Assembly (NCBI GenBank): GCA_035763465.1
Contig: DASUBC010000254.1
Coordinates: forward strand, 1-41,548
DNA length: 41,548 bases
Direction of reading: 5' to 3'
DNA from: Thermomicrobiales bacterium
GTDB lineage: Bacteria > Chloroflexota > Chloroflexia > Thermomicrobiales > CADCWN01
A program made the position numbers and the translations under genes. Shown in pieces: positions 15,152-23,659 of the stretch. Position 1 is the stretch's first letter, and every line of letters starts with the position of its first letter. Under the pieces are notes generated by a model that saw only the letters and a list, made by a program, of their open reading frames with translations, was not told the DNA's origin and made no database searches.

Positions 15152-15180
15152 TTGATAATGTGACTAGCAGGGATTATACT
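15152..15180 (+). promoter_or_regulatory. sigma-70-type promoter of the MerR/HspR-like gene
   Basis: TTGATA (15152-15157), 17-nt spacer, TATACT (15175-15180). AT-rich island. Confidence 0.5.
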
Positions 15181-15225
15181 ATCCACCAGTAGAGTTCTTT
15201 GCCTGTGAGAATGTAGACAATCACC

Positions 15226-15654
15226 ATGGATACTACAGTTGCACAACATGCCGAACCCGACCGCACGCCAGTCTACGTGATCAGCGTCGCCGCGCGGTTG
15301 CTCGATGTCCATCCGCAAACACTGCGAAACTATGAGCGCGCCGGCTTTCTCCGGCCCACGCGAACCGAAGGTAAGCGCCGGCTTTACTCGGTAGAGGATA
15401 TCGAACAACTGCGCCAGTTGATTGGCACGGTCGAACAGTTCGGACTCAATTTGACGGGACTGCGTATGGTGCTGGCCGTACGCCAGGAGTTGACCTTTCT
15501 GCGTCAGACCCTGGCAATGCTCCCGCCGGACACGACCGCCGAGGCCGCCGCTCGGGTCGAGCGGATGGTTCAACTTCTGGAAGGCAGCTCGCCAGCACTT
15601 TTCAACGAAGCCAGCGCCAGTGAGACCGAAGGAGCGTCTGACGAAACGCGCTGA
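15226..15654 (+). CDS. MerR-family transcriptional regulator (HspR-like)
   Basis: The HTH region VYVISVAARLLDVHPQTLRNYERAGFLRPTRTEGKRRLYSVEDIEQL resembles heat-shock regulator HspR-type MerR proteins. Confidence 0.8.
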   Translation: MDTTVAQHAEPDRTPVYVISVAARLLDVHPQTLRNYERAGFLRPTRTEGKRRLYSVEDIEQLRQLIGTVEQFGLNLTGLRMVLAVRQELTFLRQTLAMLPPDTTAEAAARVERMVQLLEGSSPALFNEASASETEGASDETR

Positions 15655-15672
15655 GGCTGGATCGCGTGCGCG

Positions 15673-16206
15673 CTACGGTCGCGTATTCGTGACCCGGTCG
15701 GGCGCGCCATAGGCGCAGAAATCGGCCCCGCCATACTGTTCAAGGATCGCGAGTGCCGTCGCCGCCTGAGTGTCGTCCGGTGTGACCACCGTCAGCAGCA
15801 AGCTGCCTTGCTCGACTGTGGCCTGATAGCCAAGCGCCTCCTCGTCCGGTACACCAAGATCCACGAGCGCGCCAATGAGTCCACCTGTCACCGCGCCCAG
15901 CGCGGCGCCACCGAGGGTCAGCGCCAGCGCGCCCGCCGCGACGATTGGCCCCAGGCCAGGAATTGCCAGCACGCCAATTCCGGCCAGCCAGCCGAGCACG
16001 CCACCAGTGATTCCGCCAAGCGCAGCGCCCGTCCCAGCCCGCTCCATCCCTGTCTCTGTGGCTGGCGTTAGGGGCGTGACCGCGTCAGTATCTTTCGCCA
16101 CGACAGAGACGTGATTGGCGGTGAAGCCGGCCGCGCGCAATGCTTCGAGCGCGCGTTCGGCCTGCCCGGTCTGCTGAAATATGCCAATCACGGTGCGGCG
16201 AGCCAT
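15673..16206 (-). CDS. YflT/general-stress-protein-17M-like protein with glycine-zipper membrane segment
   Basis: RTVIGIFQQTGQAERALEALRAAGFTANHVSVVAKD (YflT-type N-domain), then the Gly/Ala-rich hydrophobic stretch GTGAALGGITGGVLGWLAGIGVLAIPGLGPIVAAGALALTLGGAALGAVTGGLIGAL. Confidence 0.7.
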   Translation of the reverse strand: MARRTVIGIFQQTGQAERALEALRAAGFTANHVSVVAKDTDAVTPLTPATETGMERAGTGAALGGITGGVLGWLAGIGVLAIPGLGPIVAAGALALTLGGAALGAVTGGLIGALVDLGVPDEEALGYQATVEQGSLLLTVVTPDDTQAATALAILEQYGGADFCAYGAPDRVTNTRP

Positions 16207-16226
16207 AGATGCGCCTCTTTTTGGGC

Positions 16227-16301
16227 CGCAGGTCGCTCGTTACCAGTCAGTGCCAATCAGCAAGCGTAGTGCTTGCTCAAAGCGACCTGCGACCTGCGAC
16301 C
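16227..16301. repeat. heptamer-array hairpin (unit GCGACCT) with nested hairpin
   Basis: CGCAGGTCGCT (about 16227-16237) pairs with AGCGACCTGCGACCTGCGACC (16281-16301). The nested hairpin is AGCAAGC-gtagt-GCTTGCT. Confidence 0.7.
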
Positions 16302-16305
16302 CACC

Positions 16306-16533
16306 TTACGCCTGATCCCCACGCTCCGCGCCCCACGGCTTGAACTGCGCGCCATTGTCTACCAGGTGGACTTCGTTATCTGTAACTTGGCGTATTTCCG
16401 TGCCGGGGATGAACTGACCATTCACCAGAAAACCATTCCCCGACAGGGACTCCACTTTCCCCAGTACCTGATCGTCGGCGGTGAGCACACGCATCCCCGG
16501 CCGCAGTTCTTTGTGCTTCTCTGGGAGAATCAT
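16306..16533 (-). CDS. small PRC-barrel/DUF2171-like protein
   Basis: 75 aa. GMRVLTADDQVLGKVESL...EVHL resembles the small PRC-barrel-type stress proteins. Strong SD AAGGAGG. Confidence 0.55.
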   Translation of the reverse strand: MILPEKHKELRPGMRVLTADDQVLGKVESLSGNGFLVNGQFIPGTEIRQVTDNEVHLVDNGAQFKPWGAERGDQA

Positions 16534-16731
16534 GCTTTCGTGCCTCCTTGCGTTGTTCGTCGGTTCATACCGGCCTATCCTCCATTGTCAGGCATAATCC
16601 TTGCCACCGACGGAAACTAGTGCGCGTTGTGCTACCATTTGCAGGTGATTGCGAATGAGCAAGGACGCGAGCGTGAATTGTCAGAGTACAGCGCCGGAAT
16701 CCTGCCCGGCCGGCGTGGTCAAGCGAGTGTG

Positions 16732-18558
16732 ATGCGAGCAATGGCGGCAAGCAAGAGTGAAGCCCGACATGTGCTAGCGCCTGCCTTCCTGGTGCTTGCG
16801 CTCGTCTGGAGTCTCTTTGGGGTCGTCGTGACACCGGTGCAGGCCGCCCCAGCTGGCAGCCGGCCGGGCGAAGTCGTGCTGCTGCTGCGTCCGGGCGCGA
16901 CGGCCACTGCTGTCGCGAGCGCGCTGTCCCAGCGCCATGCCGCCATGCGCGCGGTCAGCGCCGGCCGCTCGGGGCGGGTGATGCTGGCGCATGTCCCACC
17001 GGGCCGCGAAGTCGAGTTCCGTGACGAGTTGCGCGCCGACCCGGCGGTCGAGGCGGCCTCGCTGGACTATATCGTCCACGCAACGGCTGACTTCACCCCG
17101 AACGATCCCGACTTCCCCCAGCAGTGGGACATGACCGCCGTGGACGCGCCGGCCGCCTGGGGCGCGGGCGCACGGGCGAGCGGCGTCACCGTGGCGGTGA
17201 TTGATACGGGCGCGGACTACAACCATCCCGACCTGAGCGCCGCGCTGCTGCCGGGTTGCAACTTCGTCGTCACCGTGCCGGCCACCTGTGGCCCCACCGC
17301 TGCACAAGACGATAACAACCACGGCACCCATGTTTCCGGCACGATCGCCGCGCTGACGAATAACGGGCTTGGCGTGGCGGGATTAGCCTGGGGGGCGCGC
17401 ATTCTGCCGCTCAAGGCGCTCGACGCGACGGGCAGCGGGAGCTGGTTCGCCATCACCGACGCCATCACCTACGCCGCGCAGCAACCGGGCGTGCGCGCAA
17501 TCAATCTGAGCCTCGGCAGTGACCCAGGGCTGCCACCAGATAGTTCAGCTGTCGCCTTGCTGCAAAACGCCGTTGATACCGCACGGCAACAGGGCATCAC
17601 CGTGGTGGCGGCGGCGGGCAACAGCGGCGTGAACATTGACACGACGCCGGTCTATCCCGCTTCGCTACGTGGTGTCGTTGCGGTGACGGCAGTTGACCAG
17701 AATGGCGCGAAGCCAGCCTGGGCGAATTACGGTACGACAGTGGTGGTGGCGGCGCCGGGTGTCAGCGTCCTCTCGACGATCATCAACGGTTATGGGCTGA
17801 TGAGCGGCACTTCGATGGCTACGCCGCATGTGACGGCGCTCGCCGCGTTGCTGTGCGCGGCCGTGCCGGCGCTCCAGCCGGACAATGTGACCCGGTTGCT
17901 GGAGCAAACCGCGACCGATCTTGGCCCACCCGGCCCAGACGCGACGTACGGCTGGGGCCGTATAGACGTGGCGGCGGCTCTGGCGGCGGCGCGGCCAACC
18001 TTTAGCGATGTGCCGCCAGGCAACCCCTACTTCACAGCAGTCGAGCAACTGGCGGCGCGAGGCATCACGGAGGGCTATGGCAACGGCCAGTTTGGTCCGT
18101 CCGATCTGGCGATACGCGCGCAAATGGCGGCGTTCATCGCCCGCTCGCTCGGCTGGGAAGCGCAGAACTGGGGCAACCCGTTCAGCGACCAGAGTGGCGT
18201 AGACAACGTGCTGTGGCGGGATGTCGGTACACTGGCGCACTACAACGTCGCGCGTGGCTATGGCGATGGCACGTTTCGCCCACGCGGTCCGGTATTACAT
18301 GTGCAGACGGCCAGCTTCATCGCGCGCGCGCTGGTGACGGCAGGCTACTGGCAGCCGCAACCTGACGACCCGACAATCTACCCCAACGTGCCGCTGTCAT
18401 CCGGTGGCCGGCTCGATCTGATCACCTACGTCCACTATGCGGGCGCGCTACCGGACCGGCCGGTGAATGCCGCCTGGTCCGATTGGAACACCCCCGCCAC
18501 ACGCGGCTGGTTCGCCCAGGTGCTCTGGCAGGCGCTCGCCGCGACACCTGGACCCTGA
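16732..18558 (+). CDS. S8 (subtilisin-like) serine peptidase with C-terminal SLH repeats
   Basis: Signal peptide LAPAFLVLALVWSLFGVVVTPVQA. Catalytic triad VAVIDTGADYNHPDL, HGTHVSGTIAA, GTSMATPHVTA. SLH-type repeats begin at FSDVPPGNPYFTAVEQLAARGITEGYGNGQFGP. The start (16732 or 16741) is chosen by signal-peptide logic. Confidence 0.9.
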   Translation: MRAMAASKSEARHVLAPAFLVLALVWSLFGVVVTPVQAAPAGSRPGEVVLLLRPGATATAVASALSQRHAAMRAVSAGRSGRVMLAHVPPGREVEFRDELRADPAVEAASLDYIVHATADFTPNDPDFPQQWDMTAVDAPAAWGAGARASGVTVAVIDTGADYNHPDLSAALLPGCNFVVTVPATCGPTAAQDDNNHGTHVSGTIAALTNNGLGVAGLAWGARILPLKALDATGSGSWFAITDAITYAAQQPGVRAINLSLGSDPGLPPDSSAVALLQNAVDTARQQGITVVAAAGNSGVNIDTTPVYPASLRGVVAVTAVDQNGAKPAWANYGTTVVVAAPGVSVLSTIINGYGLMSGTSMATPHVTALAALLCAAVPALQPDNVTRLLEQTATDLGPPGPDATYGWGRIDVAAALAAARPTFSDVPPGNPYFTAVEQLAARGITEGYGNGQFGPSDLAIRAQMAAFIARSLGWEAQNWGNPFSDQSGVDNVLWRDVGTLAHYNVARGYGDGTFRPRGPVLHVQTASFIARALVTAGYWQPQPDDPTIYPNVPLSSGGRLDLITYVHYAGALPDRPVNAAWSDWNTPATRGWFAQVLWQALAATPGP

Positions 18559-18570
18559 CCGCCGTCGCTA

Positions 18571-18598
18571 GAACGTGGAACGCGGAATGCGGACACGA
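18571..18598. repeat. single-arm heptamer array (GAACGTG GAACGCG GAATGCG GACACGA)
   Basis: Begins 13 nt after the S8 peptidase stop. The unit is the complement-family of the array at 23625-23659. Confidence 0.65.
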
Positions 18599-18611
18599 CC
18601 CTCACCCCCGA

Positions 18612-18638
18612 CCCCTCTCCCGTGACACGGGAGGGGGG
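18612..18638. terminator. GC hairpin between convergent S8 peptidase and SLH protein genes
   Basis: CCCCTCTCCCGT-gac-ACGGGAGGGGGG. It is enclosed by a second stem CCCTCACC (18599-18606) / GGTGAGGG (18675-18682). No U-tract. Confidence 0.4.
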
Positions 18639-18690
18639 AGGCACGACCCACCTGGCGGGTGCCCCGGCGAGCGAGGTGAGGGCCGCCACT

Positions 18691-19614
18691 TTAGCGATGT
18701 CTGGGCGCTGGTGTGGGCGCGCCGGAATCGAAGGTGCCGGCGCCGCCCGCCGAACCGAACGGCACGGCCTGGGCGATCAGCACGAGGCTGTCGAAGTTCT
18801 GTGGGCTACCGGCGTCGAGATCGACGAGAAACTCGTAGGTGTGCGTGCCGGGCGCGGCAATGAAGACCCAATCTTTGCTGGTCATGTGGTCGTCGTCCGG
18901 CACGCCGCTGACGCCTTGAACCTGCGTGTACGAGAAGAAGGCAGGGCCGGAATCAGACGCCGGCGCGTTCTGCTCCCGCCAGTGCGTTGTCACCAGGGCG
19001 CGCGGCGCGGCCATGCTACCCCAGACGTCCACCTCGCCGTGCAGGCGGACCAGTTGCGCATTGGGACCGGCGATGGCGATCGTCACCCGGCCGACGACAA
19101 TATTGGCGCTGCCTCTGGGGGCGCTGCCGAGTAGCAATTGAGTGCTGACGGCTATTCGGCCGAGCGTGTCGGCCGAATAGCCGCTAATGGCCCCGGCGTT
19201 CTGCGCGCTTTGCGCGGTCTGGGCGTTGACTGCGGTGAGGGCGTTGGCGACCGGCGGATTGCCGCCCAGTCCGGCCGTGCGCGCCAGGAACGAGGCGACC
19301 TCTTCTCGTGTCACCGCCTGGTTAGGGCAATAGCGGTTGTACACCGGCGGGTTACAGCCGGTCGTGATGCCCGCGTTGTAAATCGCGTCAATATTGCCGT
19401 TATGCGGGCTGTCCGGGTTGAGGTCAACGAACGGATTGGCGGCGAAGAGCGCCAGCGGCGTGAGCCCGGTGAGCATTCCAGCGAGCAGAGCCAGCATAAG
19501 ACGTCGCTGGCGGGGCGCGCGGCGGCGCCGCGTCCCCCGTAATGCGGCGAGCGCGCGTTCGGTGTCCGCGAGGCGCGCGGTGAGTTCGGTCAGTTGGTGT
19601 TCGACGTCTGACAC
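18691..19614 (-). CDS. SLH-domain surface protein with unknown C-terminal domain
   Basis: Coiled-coil/Arg-rich N-terminus and hydrophobic anchor (RRLMLALLAGMLTGLTPLALFA). SLH domain FVDLNPDSPHNGNIDAIYNAGITTGC...VTREEVASFLAR. GTG 19614 has SD GAGGGGA 7 nt upstream. The track start 19695 is a TTG with no SD. Confidence 0.75.
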   Translation of the reverse strand: MSDVEHQLTELTARLADTERALAALRGTRRRRAPRQRRLMLALLAGMLTGLTPLALFAANPFVDLNPDSPHNGNIDAIYNAGITTGCNPPVYNRYCPNQAVTREEVASFLARTAGLGGNPPVANALTAVNAQTAQSAQNAGAISGYSADTLGRIAVSTQLLLGSAPRGSANIVVGRVTIAIAGPNAQLVRLHGEVDVWGSMAAPRALVTTHWREQNAPASDSGPAFFSYTQVQGVSGVPDDDHMTSKDWVFIAAPGTHTYEFLVDLDAGSPQNFDSLVLIAQAVPFGSAGGAGTFDSGAPTPAPRHR

Positions 19615-19701
19615 GACATATCCCCTCGACTGAACATCGGCACACAGAATGAAGTGTACTGGAAGAATCGAACCGAAAAGAGAGCTGACGGTCAAGGGCT
19701 G

Positions 19702-20358
19702 CTACACCAGTCCCTTTTGGCGCGCGATCGCGACCGCCTGCGTACGGTTCGCCGCGTTGAGCTTTTCCAGAATGTTCGAGACGTAGTTCTTGACCGTGCC
19801 CTCGGCCAGAAACAGGTGATCGGCGATGGCGCGGTTGCTTTCGCCGGCGGCAAGCAGGCGCAGAATCGCCGTCTCGCGCTCGGTCAAGGTCTCTGGTTCG
19901 GGAGTGGCCGGCCGGCGGCCGAGTTGTGTCAAGACGCGCGCGGCCATATCCGGCTGCACGAACGATTCGCCGGCGTGGACGCGCTGAATCGCCGCGATCA
20001 GCTCATCGGCCGGGGCGTCTTTCAACAGGAAGCCGGCCGCGCCCGCTTGCAGCCCGTCGAGCAAATATTGCTGATGGTCAAAAGTGGTCAGGATAATGAT
20101 GTGACTGCCGGGCACCTCATGTGTGATCGCAGCCGTCGCTTCGATTCCGGTCAGACCGGGCATTTGCACGTCCATCAGAATAACGTCCGGGCGCAGTGTG
20201 CGGGCCTGCGCGACCGCCTCGTGGCCGTCGCGCGCTTCGCCGACGACAGTGATTCCCGGTTCGAGATCGAGGATCGTTCGCAGGCCATGGCGCATCAACG
20301 TCTGGTCTTCGCAGAGCAGGATACGGATCGCCGCGCCCGTTCGGTTAGCGGATTGCAT
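19702..20358 (-). CDS. NarL/FixJ-family response regulator
   Basis: Receiver domain RILLCEDQTLMRHGL...DVILMDVQMPGLTG, and LuxR-type HTH LTERETAILRLLAAGESNRAIADHLFLAEGTVKNYVSNIL. Confidence 0.9.
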   Translation of the reverse strand: MQSANRTGAAIRILLCEDQTLMRHGLRTILDLEPGITVVGEARDGHEAVAQARTLRPDVILMDVQMPGLTGIEATAAITHEVPGSHIIILTTFDHQQYLLDGLQAGAAGFLLKDAPADELIAAIQRVHAGESFVQPDMAARVLTQLGRRPATPEPETLTERETAILRLLAAGESNRAIADHLFLAEGTVKNYVSNILEKLNAANRTQAVAIARQKGLV

Positions 20359-21607
20359 TGCTCTCCTGCGCGGTCATAGGTTGGCCAGTTACAACCGGCA
20401 GTTCAGCACGAATCAGTGTGCCGCCGCCAGGCGCGGCGGTGACGATGAGTTGTCCATCAACGAGGTCCATCCGCTCATGCATCCCGCGAATGCCGAAATG
20501 CGCGCCGGCGATTACGCCGTTGGTCGCCAGTCCGCGTCCATTATCACTGACTTCTAGCCTGACCACGCCATCCCGCTGGGCCAGCATGACGGTGATCGCG
20601 GTCGCGCCCGCGTGTTTGACGATATTTGTGAGCGCTTCCCGCGCCACTTGCGTGAGTGCTTCCTCTTGCGCCGCGCTGAGACCCGCGATCTCGGCGCAGT
20701 TCACCAGCGCCTGGAGGTCAGTCTGTCTGGCGATAGTGCGCGCCTGTTCGGCGATCAGTTCTGCGAGCGATTGGTCCTCCTGCGGCTCCGCGCGCAGGCT
20801 GGTCACGGTGCGGCGTAGTTCGTTCATCGTCTCGCGCAGCAGTTGCTTCGTCGCGTCAATCTCGGTGCCCGCGCGCTCACGATCCACGCGCGCCAGCCGC
20901 TGTGCCGCCTCCAGTTTGACCGAGGCCAGGACGAGCGCGTGGCCGACATTGTCGTGCAGGTCGCGCGCCAGCCGCTCGCGCTCGCGCAACCGGACCAGTT
21001 CGTGCTCCTGGGTGGCGGCCAGGCGCAATTGTTCCTGCGATGCGCGGAGGTCGCGAATCAACTGCTCATTCTTCACCCGCTGGCGGATGAGCAGGTCGAA
21101 GCCGACGCCGGCCGTAACCCAGCTACCCAGCGCCAGCGACAGGAGAATGAGATTGCCCCACTCGTCGATGTTGTGGGGCAAGTGCGGCACACCGCCCGAT
21201 TGCAGCACGATGATTGCTGCGATGACGATCGTCATGCCGGCAGGCGCGAGCGGCAGATGCAAATAGAAGAACGTTGCGCCGCCCAGCGCCCAGAGCAGCA
21301 CGACATAGGTGGAGCTGAACCAGCAGAGAGCCAGGCTCAGCGCCAGATTCCCGGTCCAGGCTAGCAGCCCCCAGCGTATATTCGCGTGCAGCCGCGCTGC
21401 CTGGACGATCCACCACTGCCAGTTCCAGCCAAGATAGGCGAGTGCCAGCAGGGCGACAACCGCTCCACGCGGTGTGGCGGTCAGTTCAGGTTGGGTGAGA
21501 AAGGCGAGCGCCGTGGCGATACTGAGAAAGCAGAGGATAAACGTCAGCCAGATCCACTGCCACCAGCGCCGCGGCCACTGCTCTTGCCTCTTCACCGGAC
21601 ACCTCAT
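20345..21607 (-). CDS. sensor histidine kinase (HisKA_3 / NarX-DesK-LiaS type), multi-TM
   Basis: H-box ERERLARDLHDNVGHAL, ATPase region EALTNIVKHAG...DNGRG, and several N-terminal hydrophobic helices. Overlaps the regulator gene by 14 nt. Confidence 0.9.
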   Translation of the reverse strand: MRCPVKRQEQWPRRWWQWIWLTFILCFLSIATALAFLTQPELTATPRGAVVALLALAYLGWNWQWWIVQAARLHANIRWGLLAWTGNLALSLALCWFSSTYVVLLWALGGATFFYLHLPLAPAGMTIVIAAIIVLQSGGVPHLPHNIDEWGNLILLSLALGSWVTAGVGFDLLIRQRVKNEQLIRDLRASQEQLRLAATQEHELVRLRERERLARDLHDNVGHALVLASVKLEAAQRLARVDRERAGTEIDATKQLLRETMNELRRTVTSLRAEPQEDQSLAELIAEQARTIARQTDLQALVNCAEIAGLSAAQEEALTQVAREALTNIVKHAGATAITVMLAQRDGVVRLEVSDNGRGLATNGVIAGAHFGIRGMHERMDLVDGQLIVTAAPGGGTLIRAELPVVTGQPMTAQESNAIR

Positions 21608-21680
21608 CGCCTGGGATCAGCGTGGCCCGCCGTTGACGGACCACGCCAATGCAGCCACAAACCGGCAACCCGCAACTATC

Positions 21681-22448
21681 TTACACCTCGTCCCACTTGA
21701 AGAAGCGTGTCGAGATCGCCAGCGCGGCGACCAGGTAGCCAACCAGCACCAGCAGATTGAGTGCCGGCCGTGTACCAAAGTTGCCCTGGATGAGCGCCGG
21801 GCGGAGCAGATCGCCGACAACCGCCGCCGGCGTCCACTGGGCGACCGTCGCCAGCGGCTTCGGAAAGAGGTCTGGTTGGAGAAAGAGGCCGCCGACAAAC
21901 ATCAACGGGAACGCGAGCACCTGCGCCATGGCGCGAGCCGTCTCCTGCTTACGCGCCAGCGCCGCAATGAGCTGGCCGAACGAGGTGAAGAGCGCAATCG
22001 AGAGCAGCATCAGGCCGAGGGCCGCCGGTACAGTTCGCCACGAGAGCCGGACACCGAACAGCGCCATCGCGACGATGATGATCGCCAGGCAGCCGATCAG
22101 CGTGGATACCACCTCCACCAGCAGGCGGCTAACCAGAAACATCCAGGTTGGCAGCGGCGTGCAGCGCACGCGCCGCAGGATGCCCTGTTCGCGCAAACTC
22201 ACCATCACGGGCGCGTACCCTTGAATACCCTGCGAGAGGGTGGTGAGCACGATCATGCCACCCATGAAGAAGCCGGCAAAGGATATCGTCGTCACACTGC
22301 CGAACGTCGCCTGCACCATCGCACCCCGGCCGATATAGCCCCAGAAGAGCATCATCAACACGGGAAAAGCGACTGTCCAGCCGATCGCCTGGCGGCTCCG
22401 CAGCACCATGCGCGCATCCATCACGAAGAGCGTCAGAAAGCGTTTCAT
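21681..22448 (-). CDS. ABC-2 type transporter permease
   Basis: 255 aa, about six hydrophobic helices. The ATG overlaps the ATPase stop (ATGA). Confidence 0.8.
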   Translation of the reverse strand: MKRFLTLFVMDARMVLRSRQAIGWTVAFPVLMMLFWGYIGRGAMVQATFGSVTTISFAGFFMGGMIVLTTLSQGIQGYAPVMVSLREQGILRRVRCTPLPTWMFLVSRLLVEVVSTLIGCLAIIIVAMALFGVRLSWRTVPAALGLMLLSIALFTSFGQLIAALARKQETARAMAQVLAFPLMFVGGLFLQPDLFPKPLATVAQWTPAAVVGDLLRPALIQGNFGTRPALNLLVLVGYLVAALAISTRFFKWDEV

Positions 22449-23404
22449 GACCGAATTGTCCTCCCTGTCAGCGCGATAAAGACATCTTCCAGGTTCGGCT
22501 GCCGGATCGTCACGTCGCGGATGCTCCGGCCGCGCTCTTGCGCCAGCTGTTGCAGCGCCGCTGAGGTTGCCGCAGCGTCGTCCGAAGGGATTTCCAGGCG
22601 CTCGCCGATGTAGCGCGCGTCGAGCGCGGCGGGCAGGTAGCGCACCGCGTCCAGCGGCAGCTCTACGGTCGCCAGCACCGTCGCGCGGTCGCCGAGGCTC
22701 TTCACCAGCGCGCGCGGACTATCGAGCGCGAGAATCCGGCCCTGGTCAATAATCCCGACCCGGCCGCAGAGCGCCTCGGCCTCCTCCATGTAATGCGTCG
22801 TCAGAAGAATCGTACGCCCTTCCGTCCGCAGGTCGGTGATCAGGTTCCAGATGTTCCGCCGGGCTTGCGGATCGAGGCCGGTCGTTGGCTCGTCCAGGAT
22901 GACGAGTTCGGGATCGTTGACCAGCGCGAGCGCAAGCGCGAACCGCTGTTGCTGTCCACCCGACAACTCCCGCGCGCGGACATTGGCTTTCTCGCCCAGC
23001 TCGAAGCGGTCGAGCAGTGCGTGAGCTTGCTGTCGCGTCGGATAGCGGTCGTACATCGCTGCATAGAACGTCAGCAGTTCGACCAGCGTCAGGGTGGGAA
23101 AGAGCGCGGTGCTCTGGAGCGAGACCCCGATGCGCGCCTTAATCGCGGCCATATTGTGTGTAACGTCCTCGCCAAAGACCGTTACCGTACCAGCACTTGG
23201 CGATTTCAAACCTTCGAGACAGGCGAGCGTTGTCGTCTTACCCGCGCCGTTCGGTCCCAGCAGGCCGAAGGTCTCGCCATGCGCGATCGCCAGGTCAATC
23301 CCACGCACCGCCTCAACTGTTCCATAGTTCACCCGCAAGCCCCGGATGGCGACGATTGGTGTGCCGATCGCCGTCCTGGGCGGCGCGGTTGCCGCGATGA
23401 CCAT
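22445..23404 (-). CDS. ABC transporter ATP-binding protein (DrrA/ABC-2 type)
   Basis: Walker A GPNGAGKTT, signature LSGGQQQR, Walker B LVILDEPT. ATG 23404 follows GAAGGAGG. The track start 23452 adds 16 unsupported codons. Confidence 0.9.
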   Translation of the reverse strand: MVIAATAPPRTAIGTPIVAIRGLRVNYGTVEAVRGIDLAIAHGETFGLLGPNGAGKTTTLACLEGLKSPSAGTVTVFGEDVTHNMAAIKARIGVSLQSTALFPTLTLVELLTFYAAMYDRYPTRQQAHALLDRFELGEKANVRARELSGGQQQRFALALALVNDPELVILDEPTTGLDPQARRNIWNLITDLRTEGRTILLTTHYMEEAEALCGRVGIIDQGRILALDSPRALVKSLGDRATVLATVELPLDAVRYLPAALDARYIGERLEIPSDDAAATSAALQQLAQERGRSIRDVTIRQPNLEDVFIALTGRTIRS

Positions 23405-23549
23405 GCCGGCCTCCTTCGTCACTCCCACAGGTCGCGCCCCTCGCGACCCCACGCTACCTACTGTAGGCGTGGCAAGGCGCGGCCGTTAGTGCGGGAGGTG
23501 AGCTTTGTGGTACGGCGAACGTCACCAGGCGACGTGACGAAAGACATCC

Positions 23550-23659
23550 GACCGCGGAGCGCAGAACGCGGAATTAAGGCTGGAATAGCGTCGTGGTAGA
23601 CAACAGGCATAGTGCTGACGCGAGTTAATTCCGCGTTCCGCGTTCCGCGCTCCGCGGTC
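23550..23659. repeat. heptamer-array hairpin (unit GGAACGC / GCGTTCC)
   Basis: Left arm GACCGCGGAGCGCAGAACGCGGAATTAA (23550-23577). Right arm TTAATTCCGCGTTCCGCGTTCCGCGCTCCGCGGTC (23625-23659). The right arm lies inside the GT4 coding end. Confidence 0.8.

Noticed and set aside
15046-15573. 175-aa minus-strand ORF spanning the MerR promoter region
   Set aside because: It is antisense to the well-supported MerR gene over most of its length, has no SD or motifs, and its 5' part covers the AT-rich promoter island.
15121-16305. HspR operator (HAIR, CTTGAGT-N7-ACTCAAG) near the MerR/HspR-like gene or the stress operon
   Set aside because: Only partial half-site resemblance was found (CTTAGAGT at 15137-15144; TTGAGCAAGC on the minus strand near 16270). 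No inverted partner exists at the right spacing.
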